Assembly: GCA_025453445.1 (NCBI GenBank)
Contig: JALOQJ010000003.1
Location: 23,369-87,368, forward strand
Direction: 5' to 3'
From: Candidatus Omnitrophota bacterium
GTDB taxonomy: Bacteria; Omnitrophota; Gorgyraeia; Gygaellales; Profunditerraquicolaceae
DNA length: 64,000 bases
Part shown: piece after piece, positions 28,199 through 37,438 of the stretch
How positions within the stretch are numbered: the stretch's first letter is position 1
Layout: every line of letters starts with the position of its first letter
The notes under the pieces: model-generated
Seen by the model: the letters and a program-made list of their open reading frames with translations, nothing else
Told to the model about the DNA's origin: nothing
Databases searched by the model: none
Made by a program: the position numbers and the translations under genes

Positions 28199-29644
28199 AT
28201 GAATTATTTATTCAAAGAAGATTCCCGGCATTTGCTGAATGAGGTTTTAAGTTTCAGCCGTGAGAAAAAAGTCCGCCTCTATATTGTCGGCGGATTTTTA
28301 AGGGATTATATCCTAAAAAGATCAAGGGTAAATCCGGATATCGATTTTTGCCTGAAAAAAGGCTCAATTAATTTCGGGAGAAAACTCTCCGCCAAAATAA
28401 AAGCCGGGTTTGTAGTTTTAGATAAAGAGCACGGCGCCTGCCGGCTGGTTAAAAAAATAAAAGATAAAATTTATACCCTGGATTTTACCGATTTCCGCGG
28501 TAAAACCCTTGAGGAAGATCTTTTGCACCGCGATTTCACTATTAATACTTTAGCCTTGGGCCTGGAAGAAGCAACCGGGCTTAGAGAGAAGACTGTTCTG
28601 ATCGACCTTTATGGGGCAGCAGAAGATTTACGTAAAAAAATAATCAGAATGGTAAATAAAGAGGCATTTGATGAAGATCCTCTAAGGATATTGCGCGCCT
28701 TCAGCCTTTCTGCTGTGCTGGGTTTTAAAATTGACAGTACTACTTTAAAATTAATCAGGGTAAAACGGAATAAATTAACTGCAGTTTCCTGCGAGCGCCT
28801 GCGTGAGGAGTTGTTTAAAATTTTTGATACAGAGAGATCATATGAACATATGGTAATGATGGATAAACATAAAGTTTTACAAGTGGTGATCCCGGAAATT
28901 GAATTAATGCGTGGAATAACTCAGGGTCCGTATCATCATTTGGATGTTTTAAAACATAGTTTTGAGACCATAAGGCAGTTGGAGAATTTCCTAGCCGAAA
29001 ATAAATTTAACAGGGATATCAATAATTATCTGAACGAGGAGCTTTCCAGCGGCCGCAGGAGATATGCTTTGATAAAATTAGGCGCTTTTTTGCATGATAT
29101 CGGAAAACCGCAGGCAAAACGCCGCTTAAAAGGCAGGACAATGTTCCACGGCCATGAGCGTATCGGTTCAGCGATAACAACGGTAATTGCCCGGAGGCTT
29201 AAGTTGTCCAATGTTGAAATAGATGCCTTAAGGAAGATGGTTTTTTGGCATTTACGTCCTGGTTATTTAGCTGATAATGAAGAAATCTCGGCGCGGGCAA
29301 ATTTCCGCTATTTTCGTGATACTGCAAAAGAGGGGGTAAGTGTTTTGTTGCTCTCGTTGGGCGATCAGCGCGCTACGAGGGGAAGGCTTACTTCTGAAGA
29401 ATCCCGCCTTACCCATGAGAAGGTAGTGATCAGTTTAATCAAAGAGTATTTTCGGAGGAGTAAAGAAAAAAAATTAAAGCGCTTAGTAACCGGCAATGAC
29501 CTGATGAGAAAATTTAAATTGCCTCCATCGCCTTTAATCGGCAGGATACTAATTCATCTTGAGGAATTGCAGGCAATCGCTAAGATTAATTCAAAACAAG
29601 AGGCACTTAAAGCTGCCAATATTTTTTTAAAAAAGGAAGGTTAA
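28199..29644 (+). CDS. Class II tRNA nucleotidyltransferase with HD domain (probably CC-adding)
   Basis: VGGFLRD, DIDF, EDLLHRDFTIN, DPLRILRA, HDIGK. Confidence 0.88.
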   Translation: MNYLFKEDSRHLLNEVLSFSREKKVRLYIVGGFLRDYILKRSRVNPDIDFCLKKGSINFGRKLSAKIKAGFVVLDKEHGACRLVKKIKDKIYTLDFTDFRGKTLEEDLLHRDFTINTLALGLEEATGLREKTVLIDLYGAAEDLRKKIIRMVNKEAFDEDPLRILRAFSLSAVLGFKIDSTTLKLIRVKRNKLTAVSCERLREELFKIFDTERSYEHMVMMDKHKVLQVVIPEIELMRGITQGPYHHLDVLKHSFETIRQLENFLAENKFNRDINNYLNEELSSGRRRYALIKLGAFLHDIGKPQAKRRLKGRTMFHGHERIGSAITTVIARRLKLSNVEIDALRKMVFWHLRPGYLADNEEISARANFRYFRDTAKEGVSVLLLSLGDQRATRGRLTSEESRLTHEKVVISLIKEYFRRSKEKKLKRLVTGNDLMRKFKLPPSPLIGRILIHLEELQAIAKINSKQEALKAANIFLKKEG

Positions 29645-29645
29645 T

Positions 29646-30302
29646 ATGCATGCACAAAGGACAAAATCTTTAGAGGGGCTGGAAGAAAAAATGCAGGGTA
29701 TCGCAGATAAGGATTCGCTGCGTTACCGTATTCTTGATAACACTAAAAATTTTAAAACCTCATGGGTTGAGCTAGGGCAGGCGCTTTATACGGTCTGGAA
29801 AGACAAATTATATAAGGATTGGGGCTATGGAGAATTTAATATTTATACGGCAAAAGAAATCGGGATCAGGAAAGAGACGGCGCTGAAGCTTTTAAGGTCG
29901 TATTATTTTCTGGAAAAAGAAGAGCCTGTTTGGTTAAAGCAGGAATTTACTCAGGCACAGGATGCCGCACTGGTGCCGACTCTGGAAGCAGTTGGTGTTT
30001 TGCGTACGGCGAAAAACAAAAAATTACTTGATGCAGAAGATTATGCGCGTATCAAAAGTGAAATTTTTGAGAAAGGCAAGGATGCGCGTGAGGTTAAGAG
30101 GAGTATGGGTATTTTAATCAGGGAAAGGCAGGAACTTGACCCGGAGGAAGCCCAGCAAAAGAAGAAAAACTCGGTTGTAAAACGCTTAGTCGGTACTCTA
30201 AAGAGCCTGAAGAATGAGGTAGAAATCTTAAAATTACTGCCGGCATCACTGGTTAAAGAGACAGAAGATTTGATAAAAAAGCTTGAATACGAACTGGATT
30301 AG
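29646..30302 (+). CDS. Hypothetical protein, DUF3102-like helical/HTH region
   Basis: WVELGQAL...LYKDWGYGEF...EIGIRKETA pattern; coiled-coil C-terminus; AAGG SD. Confidence 0.65.
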   Translation: MHAQRTKSLEGLEEKMQGIADKDSLRYRILDNTKNFKTSWVELGQALYTVWKDKLYKDWGYGEFNIYTAKEIGIRKETALKLLRSYYFLEKEEPVWLKQEFTQAQDAALVPTLEAVGVLRTAKNKKLLDAEDYARIKSEIFEKGKDAREVKRSMGILIRERQELDPEEAQQKKKNSVVKRLVGTLKSLKNEVEILKLLPASLVKETEDLIKKLEYELD

Positions 30303-30334
30303 TATTATCATAAATATAATAAGGAGGAGAGAAT

Positions 30335-30778
30335 ATGAAAAAGATAGCTTCGTTTATGATGATTTCAGTTTTAATTTTAGTAAGTTGCTTGGGGTGTGCG
30401 GAAAATAAGACTCGGGTAGCTGAAGGGGCAGTTGCCGGAGGCGCATTAGGCGCTTTAGCCGGCGGGTTACTCAAGGGCGGTACCGGAGCTGCTGTCGGCG
30501 CAGCTATTGGTGCTACGGGTGGAGCGTTAGTCGGCGCACAAATAGATAAAAAACCAGAACAGGCTGAAGCAGCAGAAGTTAAAACAGCCTCTGATCCTAA
30601 CGCAACACAGATGTCCATTCTGCAGGTAATTGAACTTTCCAAACAAGGCACTCCGGATAGCGTGATTATCGATAAAATAAAAAAGAGTAATTCCAAGTTT
30701 AACCTTAGTTTGGAAGATATTAATTATCTGAAAAAACAAGGCATGAGCGACAAAGTGATTAATGTGATGAGGGAGTAA
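30335..30778 (+). CDS. Glycine-zipper lipoprotein
   Basis: Lipobox CLGC; GAVAGGALGALAG...GAAIGATGGALVG; AAGGAGG SD. Confidence 0.85.
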   Translation: MKKIASFMMISVLILVSCLGCAENKTRVAEGAVAGGALGALAGGLLKGGTGAAVGAAIGATGGALVGAQIDKKPEQAEAAEVKTASDPNATQMSILQVIELSKQGTPDSVIIDKIKKSNSKFNLSLEDINYLKKQGMSDKVINVMRE

Positions 30779-30791
30779 AAAGGAGGTTAGT

Positions 30792-30953
30792 ATGATCGAA
30801 AGAACTGAATTCAAAGGTAAACCGGTTTTAATCTTAAAACGCAATGCAGAGGATAAATACCCCTTTTCTTTTGGTGCGTCTAAAGCAAGGCTGATCTTGG
30901 AAAACATTGAAGAAATAAAAAAATTCGTCGAAGAAAATCAGGAACAGGCTTAA
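30792..30953 (+). CDS. 53-aa small protein missed by the ORF track
   Basis: AGGAGG SD; MIERTEFKGKPVLILKRNAEDKYPFSFGASKARLILENIEEIKKFVEENQEQA; fills the operon gap. Confidence 0.8.
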   Translation: MIERTEFKGKPVLILKRNAEDKYPFSFGASKARLILENIEEIKKFVEENQEQA

Positions 30954-30968
30954 AAACAACCTGGCAAA

Positions 30969-31571
30969 ATGAAACATTTAAAAAGGCATTTAATTACCGG
31001 GCTTCTGGTAATTGCCCCGATTTTCCTCACTGCCTATGTTATTATCGTCATTTTTAAGTTCGCCGACGGTATTTTAGGCGATCATATTAATGCTTATGTG
31101 AAGGGTTTGCTGGGTTTTTATATTCCCGGTTTAGGGGTGATTCTATCCCTAATAATCATCCTCACAGTGGGTTTTTTTACCGAATTTTTCGTTGGTAAAA
31201 AGATCTTACCTTATTTTGAGAAGATTTTTTGCGCATTCCCCTTAGTAAAAAATATCTACCCTGCTTTTAAACAATTAGTTTCTTTTTTGCTGGCGCAAAA
31301 GAAATTTAATTTCAAAAAAGTAGTGTTGGTAGAATATCCTTCCCGCGGCATTTGGTCAATCGGGTTTTTAACCAATGAGAAGAATGAAGTTATCAGTCAG
31401 GTTTTAGGCAGGGAAATGCTGCCGGTTTTTATAGGTACAACTCCCGGGCCGTTTTCAGGTTTTGTAGTTTTTATCCCTAAAGAAGAAGTGAAATTTATCG
31501 ATATCTCCATTACTGATGCCTTGAAAATAATTATTTCAGGCGGCGTCTATAATGCTGATAAGTTGAATTAG
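30969..31571 (+). CDS. DUF502 membrane protein
   Basis: ITGLLVIAP, PLVKNIY, VVLVEYP, TPGPFSGF. Confidence 0.9.
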   Translation: MKHLKRHLITGLLVIAPIFLTAYVIIVIFKFADGILGDHINAYVKGLLGFYIPGLGVILSLIIILTVGFFTEFFVGKKILPYFEKIFCAFPLVKNIYPAFKQLVSFLLAQKKFNFKKVVLVEYPSRGIWSIGFLTNEKNEVISQVLGREMLPVFIGTTPGPFSGFVVFIPKEEVKFIDISITDALKIIISGGVYNADKLN

Positions 31572-31591
31572 GATTTAACGAAAGGATTCAG

Positions 31592-32068
31592 ATGGATTCT
31601 TCGGATATTTATTTGACCCGTTCAGGTTACGAAAAATTAGTACAGGAATTGGAAACTTTAAAAACCGTGCGCAGGCGGGAACTATCTAAGGCAATCGGAG
31701 AGGCGCGCGCTCACGGCGATATCAGCGAAAATGCCGAATATGACGCTGCTAAAGATGCGCAAGGCATGAATGAGAAACGGATTTCTGAACTTGAGTCCAA
31801 ATTAAGTTGTGCGCGGATTCTCGATGATGAAAATATGTCTTCGGATGAGGTCCTGATTGGCGCTACCGTGAAATTAGAGGATATGGATACCGCTGAAAAG
31901 CTGGAATATATGCTTGTGTCTCAGGAAGAATCAGATTACACGCAAAATAAAATCTCTATTGCTTCTCCTGTGGGTAAGGCCCTTATGGGCCATAAAGTAG
32001 GTGAAGTGCTGGAAATTAAAATCCCCGCAGGAATTCTGAAATATAAAATATTAAACATATCCCGGTGA
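31592..32068 (+). CDS. greA: Transcription elongation factor GreA
   Basis: ARAHGDISENAEYDAAK, SPVGKAL. Confidence 0.96.
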   Translation: MDSSDIYLTRSGYEKLVQELETLKTVRRRELSKAIGEARAHGDISENAEYDAAKDAQGMNEKRISELESKLSCARILDDENMSSDEVLIGATVKLEDMDTAEKLEYMLVSQEESDYTQNKISIASPVGKALMGHKVGEVLEIKIPAGILKYKILNISR

Positions 32069-32823
32069 AGCGCACTCTTTTTTTAATCCCCGTAATATTT
32101 TTTGTTTTTCTGGAAACTTCCTTTGCCGATAAACTATATCTTAAGAACGGCCGCAGCCTTGAAGGGTTGATCAGGGAAGAGAGTGACAGCCGCGTGGAGC
32201 TGGATGTTGGTTTTGGCACAGTTACTTTCGAAAAAAGCGCTATTGAGCGGCTGGAGAAATCAAATCCTGAAGAGACGGCAATAATTTTAAAACACTGGGC
32301 AAGCGAGCGGGCAAAGTCCGAGTTGATGAGGGCAAAGGCAGAAGAAGAATGGAACAAGTCTTTGGCAGAATGGAAAGAGAAGCAGTCTCGTCAGGCAGCG
32401 CAAGAAGAAGCCGACGCAGATGCAGGGCCCAAAGAAGTGGCTTTGGCTCGGGAAATGGGCCATATGCGCGCGGATGTTGTTTTAAATAAAAAAGTTAATG
32501 CTTCGCTCTTAGTAGACACAGGGGCATCTTTGGTAATTATTACTAAAGCTACTGCCGACAGGCTCAGGTTGGATACGAATAAGGAAGGTACTCCCATTCA
32601 ATTACAAGTTGCCGATGGCAGGAAAATAGATGCGAGATATGTTGTTTTAGCGAGTATCAAGATAGGCGATGTCGAGGCGAAAAATGTTGAAACAGCAGTG
32701 CTGATGGATACAAAACAAGACTTTGGTTTTAAGGACGGTTTATTAGGAATGTCATTTCTGCGGCGTTTTAATTTTAAATTCGATTATAATAGTAACAAAC
32801 TAATCTTAGAAAGATTGAAATAA
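32065..32823 (+). CDS. Secreted retropepsin-like (clan AA) aspartic protease
   Basis: Signal peptide, LVDTGAS, ADGR, GLLGMSFL. Confidence 0.85.
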   Translation: MKRTLFLIPVIFFVFLETSFADKLYLKNGRSLEGLIREESDSRVELDVGFGTVTFEKSAIERLEKSNPEETAIILKHWASERAKSELMRAKAEEEWNKSLAEWKEKQSRQAAQEEADADAGPKEVALAREMGHMRADVVLNKKVNASLLVDTGASLVIITKATADRLRLDTNKEGTPIQLQVADGRKIDARYVVLASIKIGDVEAKNVETAVLMDTKQDFGFKDGLLGMSFLRRFNFKFDYNSNKLILERLK

Positions 32824-32830
32824 CTATGCG

Positions 32831-32902
32831 CCCCGCCCTTCTTTGATATAGGAAGGGCAGGGGCATATAATAAAGGACTAAATAAAAAAATGAAGGGCGG
32901 GG
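32831..32902. mobile_element. 72-bp CCCCGCCC-family element inserted in a start codon, TGCG duplication
   Basis: a-tgcg|ccccgcccttc...gaagggcgggg|tgcg-tattaag; internal extra gaagggcagggg arm. Confidence 0.85.
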
Positions 32903-33849
32903 TGCGTATTAAGGATGTGGAAATAAAAATCATTCAGGCAGATATCACTACCTTGAAAGTCGATGCTATTGTTAATGCTGCTAATAATAAATTAGTCATG
33001 GGTGGCGGGGTGGCAGGTAGCATTAAAAGAAAAGGCGGCCAGGTTATCGAGGATGAAGCAGTAAAACTCGGGCCGATAAAAATCGGTTCTTCGGTTGCAA
33101 CCGGCGCAGGAAGTTTAGGTGCAAAATATATTATTCATGCCTCGACCATGGGCACGGATTTCAAAACCGATGAAATAAAAATCAGGGATGCAATAAGCAG
33201 CGCGTTAAAGCTGGCTAATCAGCTTAAAATAAATTCAATTGCTTTCCCTGCGCTGGGCTGCGGTACAGGAGGGTTTGCTTATTTGCCTGCAGCAAAAATC
33301 ATGGCGCAGGAGTTATTAAAACAGCTGCGCGAAAGTAAAACTTCATTAAAAGAGGTTATTTTTTGCCTTAATGATAAAGAGGCTTTTGTAATTTTTGAAC
33401 AAGGTGTTATCAAATACCTGGAGCATGTTGTAGAGAAACTGCAAAAAGGCCCGTTTACTACGGTAGATGCGATTATTGAGTTGGATTCCGGGATAGTAAT
33501 TATCGAAAGAAAAAATCCTCCTTTTGGCTGGGCTCTGCCAGGCGGTTTCGTTGATTATGGGGAGAGTTTAGAAGATGCAGTCAAGCGCGAAGCGCAGGAA
33601 GAAACCGGGCTGATTTTAAGCGAAGTAAAACAATTTCATACTTACTCCGATCCTAGCCGCGATGAACGCTTCCACACAATCTCTACTGTATTTATTGCTA
33701 GAGGAGGAGGCAAGCCGCAGGCAGGCGATGATGCGGCAAATCTTCGAATAGTCAGGCCTGAAGAGTTCAAAAAAGTAAATTTTGCTTTTGATCATCAAAA
33801 AATACTTGCGGATTATCTGGAATATGCCGCAGGCCGCCCGCCTTTTTAA
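32902..33849 (+). CDS. Macrodomain-Nudix hydrolase fusion
   Basis: [23 protein letters not shown]; Nudix box [24 protein letters not shown]; GTG at 32902 (alternative ATG at 32890). Confidence 0.9.
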   Translation: MRIKDVEIKIIQADITTLKVDAIVNAANNKLVMGGGVAGSIKRKGGQVIEDEAVKLGPIKIGSSVATGAGSLGAKYIIHASTMGTDFKTDEIKIRDAISSALKLANQLKINSIAFPALGCGTGGFAYLPAAKIMAQELLKQLRESKTSLKEVIFCLNDKEAFVIFEQGVIKYLEHVVEKLQKGPFTTVDAIIELDSGIVIIERKNPPFGWALPGGFVDYGESLEDAVKREAQEETGLILSEVKQFHTYSDPSRDERFHTISTVFIARGGGKPQAGDDAANLRIVRPEEFKKVNFAFDHQKILADYLEYAAGRPPF

Positions 33850-33855
33850 AAAATA

Positions 33856-34272
33856 ATGCAGAAATTTATTATTTTATTTTTTTTATTATTTAGACCGTTT
33901 GCTTTTGCAGAGGTTTCTTTGCAGGAGGTCTGTGTTAAAAATACCTGTTTGAAAGCAGAGATTGCTTCCTCTCTGGAGGAGCGCAGGTTGGGGTTAATGT
34001 TCAGGGAATCCTTACCTAAAGACAGGGGCATGCTTTTTATTCTTGATTTTAAGGAAAGTAGCAGCTTCTGGATGAAAAATATGCAGTTCCCTTTGGATAT
34101 TATCTGGATCGATAAAGATAAAGTAATCAGCGAAATTATGCAAAACGTCTTACCGTGCAGCAAGAGCTGCCCGGATCTTATTCCACAGCAACAAGCCAGT
34201 TTTGTTTTGGAAGTAAATGCAGGTTTTGTCCAAAAACACCGCATTAAAGCAGGCGACAAGGTAAGATTTTAG
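33856..34272 (+). CDS. DUF192 family secreted protein
   Basis: GLMFRESL..GMLF, FWMKN..PLDIIW, VLEVNAG. Confidence 0.92.
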   Translation: MQKFIILFFLLFRPFAFAEVSLQEVCVKNTCLKAEIASSLEERRLGLMFRESLPKDRGMLFILDFKESSSFWMKNMQFPLDIIWIDKDKVISEIMQNVLPCSKSCPDLIPQQQASFVLEVNAGFVQKHRIKAGDKVRF

Positions 34273-36146
34273 CCGGTACGCAGCTGTTTTTCCGCATCAA
34301 CCACATCGCGGTTAATCACGCGGATAGTTTCTTTAATTCTTTCTTTTATTACGGCTGAGGTAGCGCCGGCGTCGTTTATTTCTTTTAAGATCTGGATGCT
34401 CATCCTAAAATACCTGACTACTTCGCCTTCGTCAGTATCGGTAAACTGCAATATCTTTTCAAAATTTGTCCCGCGCAGCCACGCTTCCATGCAATTGCTT
34501 AAGTGAAAATACGGCTGTTTACTAAAGGAATAAATGCGGTGTTTTCTTTCCCGTTCCCTGATCTGTAAATAAAATTCTTCGGCAAGGCTTTTAATTTTAC
34601 GGCCTGCCTTGGAGAGGCTGAGTAAGTGCTGATTTTTACGCGGCTCAAAGACCACCGAAGCAGTAAGAATCCCCAGCCCGAATTCATCCAGTTGTTCCAG
34701 TATGCCTGCTCCGAAAAGCTCTGAAAGGATTAACTCATATCCATAAACTGTTTTGGCGAATTTACCCTTTTGGGTAAGGGCGTTATTTTCAATATAGCCT
34801 AATTCTTTGAGCAGGTTTAATTTTGCCTCAATTGCCTGCAATGCCGCTTTTTGTTCATTTTTACGCGATTGGAAATAATGTAGAGAAAGTGGGTAGATTT
34901 TAAAAAGCCCCTCCTGATATTTTTCGTAAAGGTTCAATATTGTTGCATAAGAAGTGTTAAACTGGCTTTTTACCGGCTCCGCAGGGGAATAAATGATGCG
35001 TTTTACTTCTTGCGGGTCAATACGCCGGGGATTAATCCGGCAGTAAACAAAGCCTTCTTTATCAATGCCGCGCCTACCTGCACGGCCAGCCATCTGGTAA
35101 AAATCGCGCGTCTTTAAGTTCCGCACATAATGGCCGTAGAATTTTCTCAATTCATCAAAAATAACACTGCGGCTGGGCATATTGATGCCGAGGGCAAAGG
35201 TTTCAGTGGTAAAAATAACTTTCAGCAGCCGGCTGGTAAATAATCTTTCGATTACTTCTTTTAAAGTCGGCAGCATCCCGGCATGATGATAAGCAATGCC
35301 TTTTTGAACCAGTGGTAGCATTTCAGCGGCAGTGCGGTCGTCTTTCAGGTCAAAGCGCTGGCAGAGGTTGCTATATAGTTCACAGATCTGTATTTTTTCT
35401 TTTGAGCTGAGGAAATTATAATTAAATAATTCCTGCGCCAATTCTTCGGCTCGGCGCCTGCCAAAAACAAAATAAATACAAGGCAAGCCTTCTTCCTGCT
35501 GCAGGTAGCTGATCAGTGAGCTGATTCTGTTTACCCTGCTGTCTTTGCGGTGCCGTATACCGTTTAAATTATTCAGTATTTCATTTTGGTATTGATAAAA
35601 AAAATGCAAAGGTACCGGCCTTTTTTCCTCAAGTACGGTTTTTACCTGTTTCTTGTGGATTGATTCGATCCATTTGGCAATTTGCGCAATATTGGGGATA
35701 GTCGCTGAGAGCGCTAAAATATTCATATGGGCCGGTAAAAAAATCAGGGATTCTTCCCAGACTGTACCGCGCTCGGGATTATCAAGGTAATGCACCTCGT
35801 CAAAAATTACCCATTGATAGGGTTTTAGGCTTTGCGGTTCATCGAGGATTTTGTTACGGAAGATTTCCGTAGTCATGATTAATACCGGCGCCCCGGGGTT
35901 CAAGGAAACATCGCCGGTTAAGATGCCGATATTATCGCCGTATTGGCTTTGGAAATCGCGGAATTTCTGGTTGGAAAGGGCTTTAATCGGCGCGGTATAA
36001 ATGACTCCGGTTTTTTTCTCAATGCAGCTGGTAATAATATGTTCTGCAATTGCGGTTTTCCCTGCGCCTGTAGGCGCTGAGACGATTACCGAATGTCCCT
36101 GATTAATATAATCAATGGCTTCCTGCTGAAAACGATCGTAAAGCAT
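34269..36146 (-). CDS. Ski2/HelY-like DEVH-box RNA helicase
   Basis: APTGAGKT, DEVHY, LSAT, TETFALGINMP, QMAGRAGRRG, DSHCT-like C-terminus. Confidence 0.92.
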   Translation of the reverse strand: MLYDRFQQEAIDYINQGHSVIVSAPTGAGKTAIAEHIITSCIEKKTGVIYTAPIKALSNQKFRDFQSQYGDNIGILTGDVSLNPGAPVLIMTTEIFRNKILDEPQSLKPYQWVIFDEVHYLDNPERGTVWEESLIFLPAHMNILALSATIPNIAQIAKWIESIHKKQVKTVLEEKRPVPLHFFYQYQNEILNNLNGIRHRKDSRVNRISSLISYLQQEEGLPCIYFVFGRRRAEELAQELFNYNFLSSKEKIQICELYSNLCQRFDLKDDRTAAEMLPLVQKGIAYHHAGMLPTLKEVIERLFTSRLLKVIFTTETFALGINMPSRSVIFDELRKFYGHYVRNLKTRDFYQMAGRAGRRGIDKEGFVYCRINPRRIDPQEVKRIIYSPAEPVKSQFNTSYATILNLYEKYQEGLFKIYPLSLHYFQSRKNEQKAALQAIEAKLNLLKELGYIENNALTQKGKFAKTVYGYELILSELFGAGILEQLDEFGLGILTASVVFEPRKNQHLLSLSKAGRKIKSLAEEFYLQIRERERKHRIYSFSKQPYFHLSNCMEAWLRGTNFEKILQFTDTDEGEVVRYFRMSIQILKEINDAGATSAVIKERIKETIRVINRDVVDAEKQLRTG

Positions 36147-36198
36147 AGATTATATTATAATCTAAAATATTGATTTATCCAATAAAAAAGGGTAGAAT
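36146..36198. promoter_or_regulatory. Overlapping divergent promoters and a 19-bp palindrome
   Basis: Minus strand TTGGAT-17-TATAAT ending 7 nt before the helicase ATG; plus strand TTGATT-17-TAGAAT; palindrome tagattata-t-tataatcta 36146-36164. Confidence 0.55.
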
Positions 36199-36226
36199 AA
36201 CAATGAATGATAGATAATATTTGTTT

Positions 36227-36296
36227 GCTATCAGTCATCAGCTTTCAGCTATCAGCTTAAAGCTGAAGGCTGACAGTTAAAGGCTGACAGCTGAAA
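36227..36296. repeat. Head-to-head heptamer arrays forming a hairpin directly before an ATG
   Basis: tatcagt catcagc tttcagc tatcagc -ttaaa- gctgaag gctgaca gttaaag gctgaca gctgaaa ATG. Confidence 0.9.
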
Positions 36297-36848
36297 ATGG
36301 GTTATCAAGCAGCGAAAGATAAGGCCTGGAATGATTTAGGGAAATTGACTTCTGAAAAAAATTTTTCTCTCAGGTTTCTGGCAGATGAATATAGTATAGA
36401 TTTAGAGAAGAAATCAGTAATTTCACTAAGTTGTAATGTCCCGGCTAAGGATTTTAGCGTTATAATTATCCTGCATTATCTAATTGAGCAAATAAAAGGG
36501 CTTCCAGTGCTGGCGGGAGTTTGGCTGACATTCAGGGAATTAGCCGGCGTCGAAGGCTACGCAGCGGCCTTCCGTAAAAGAGCGATTGAGCCTCTGATCA
36601 GGAAATATGGCAGGAATCCGGAAAACATTTTTTCGTTGTTGACTCGGCTGCCTGCGAGAAAAGCTGATTTTAAAGATGTGAGTATTATCATTGAGGCATT
36701 TTCTGGAGTGCCGGTTTTGCTGAAGCTTTTCCGCTCAGATGAAGAATTCGGCTCTGATGCAAATATACTTTTTGATAAAAGTATAACTTCTATATTTTGC
36801 ACGGAAGATATTATTGTTTTGGCGCAGATTATTGCCGGTAGTGTTTAA
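36297..36848 (+). CDS. DUF3786 family protein
   Basis: ILHYL, WLTFREL, DEEFGSDANILFD..I...TEDI. Confidence 0.85.
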   Translation: MGYQAAKDKAWNDLGKLTSEKNFSLRFLADEYSIDLEKKSVISLSCNVPAKDFSVIIILHYLIEQIKGLPVLAGVWLTFRELAGVEGYAAAFRKRAIEPLIRKYGRNPENIFSLLTRLPARKADFKDVSIIIEAFSGVPVLLKLFRSDEEFGSDANILFDKSITSIFCTEDIIVLAQIIAGSV

Positions 36849-36865
36849 TTAAAGGAGAGTCTTAG

Positions 36866-37435
36866 ATGAAAAATTTACCGTGGTTTATTTTAGGGCTTTT
36901 TGGCCTGGTATTTTTGCTGGGTGCCTCATCGTGCGTAAAAGACCCGGTAGATGTGCAATATTCATCTGAGAGCGGAGTTTTTAGCGTTCCTTTCGGAGAT
37001 TCGTATAATTATACTGATATCCGGGTAACCCGGGCAGTTGACGGCGATACCTTATTGCTTGAAAGCGGAGAAAGGGTCCGGCTGATCGGCATAGATACTC
37101 CGGAAATGCATGAATCAAAAAAATTATACAAAGATGCTGAGCGGGCAAAAGAAGATATCAGCACCATCCAGAAATTAGGCAGGCGTTCTTACGAATTTAC
37201 CAAAAATCTTGTTGAGGGCAAACGTGTATCTTTGGAATTCGACGCAGAAAGATACGACCGTTATAAACGGCTGCTGGCTTATGTATATCTAAAAGACGGC
37301 ACATTTGTCAATGCCGAAATTGTAAAACAGGGATACGCCTCTTTAATGACTTTTCCGCCAAATGTAAAATATGCGGATTTATTTCTTAAACTTTATCAGG
37401 AAGCGCGCCAAGAGAGAAGGGGGCTCTGGAAATAA
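36866..37435 (+). CDS. Thermonuclease (SNase) family lipoprotein
   Basis: VDGDT, RVRLIGIDTPE, DRYKRLLAYVY, RRGLW. Confidence 0.93.
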   Translation: MKNLPWFILGLFGLVFLLGASSCVKDPVDVQYSSESGVFSVPFGDSYNYTDIRVTRAVDGDTLLLESGERVRLIGIDTPEMHESKKLYKDAERAKEDISTIQKLGRRSYEFTKNLVEGKRVSLEFDAERYDRYKRLLAYVYLKDGTFVNAEIVKQGYASLMTFPPNVKYADLFLKLYQEARQERRGLWK

Positions 37436-37438
37436 AAA

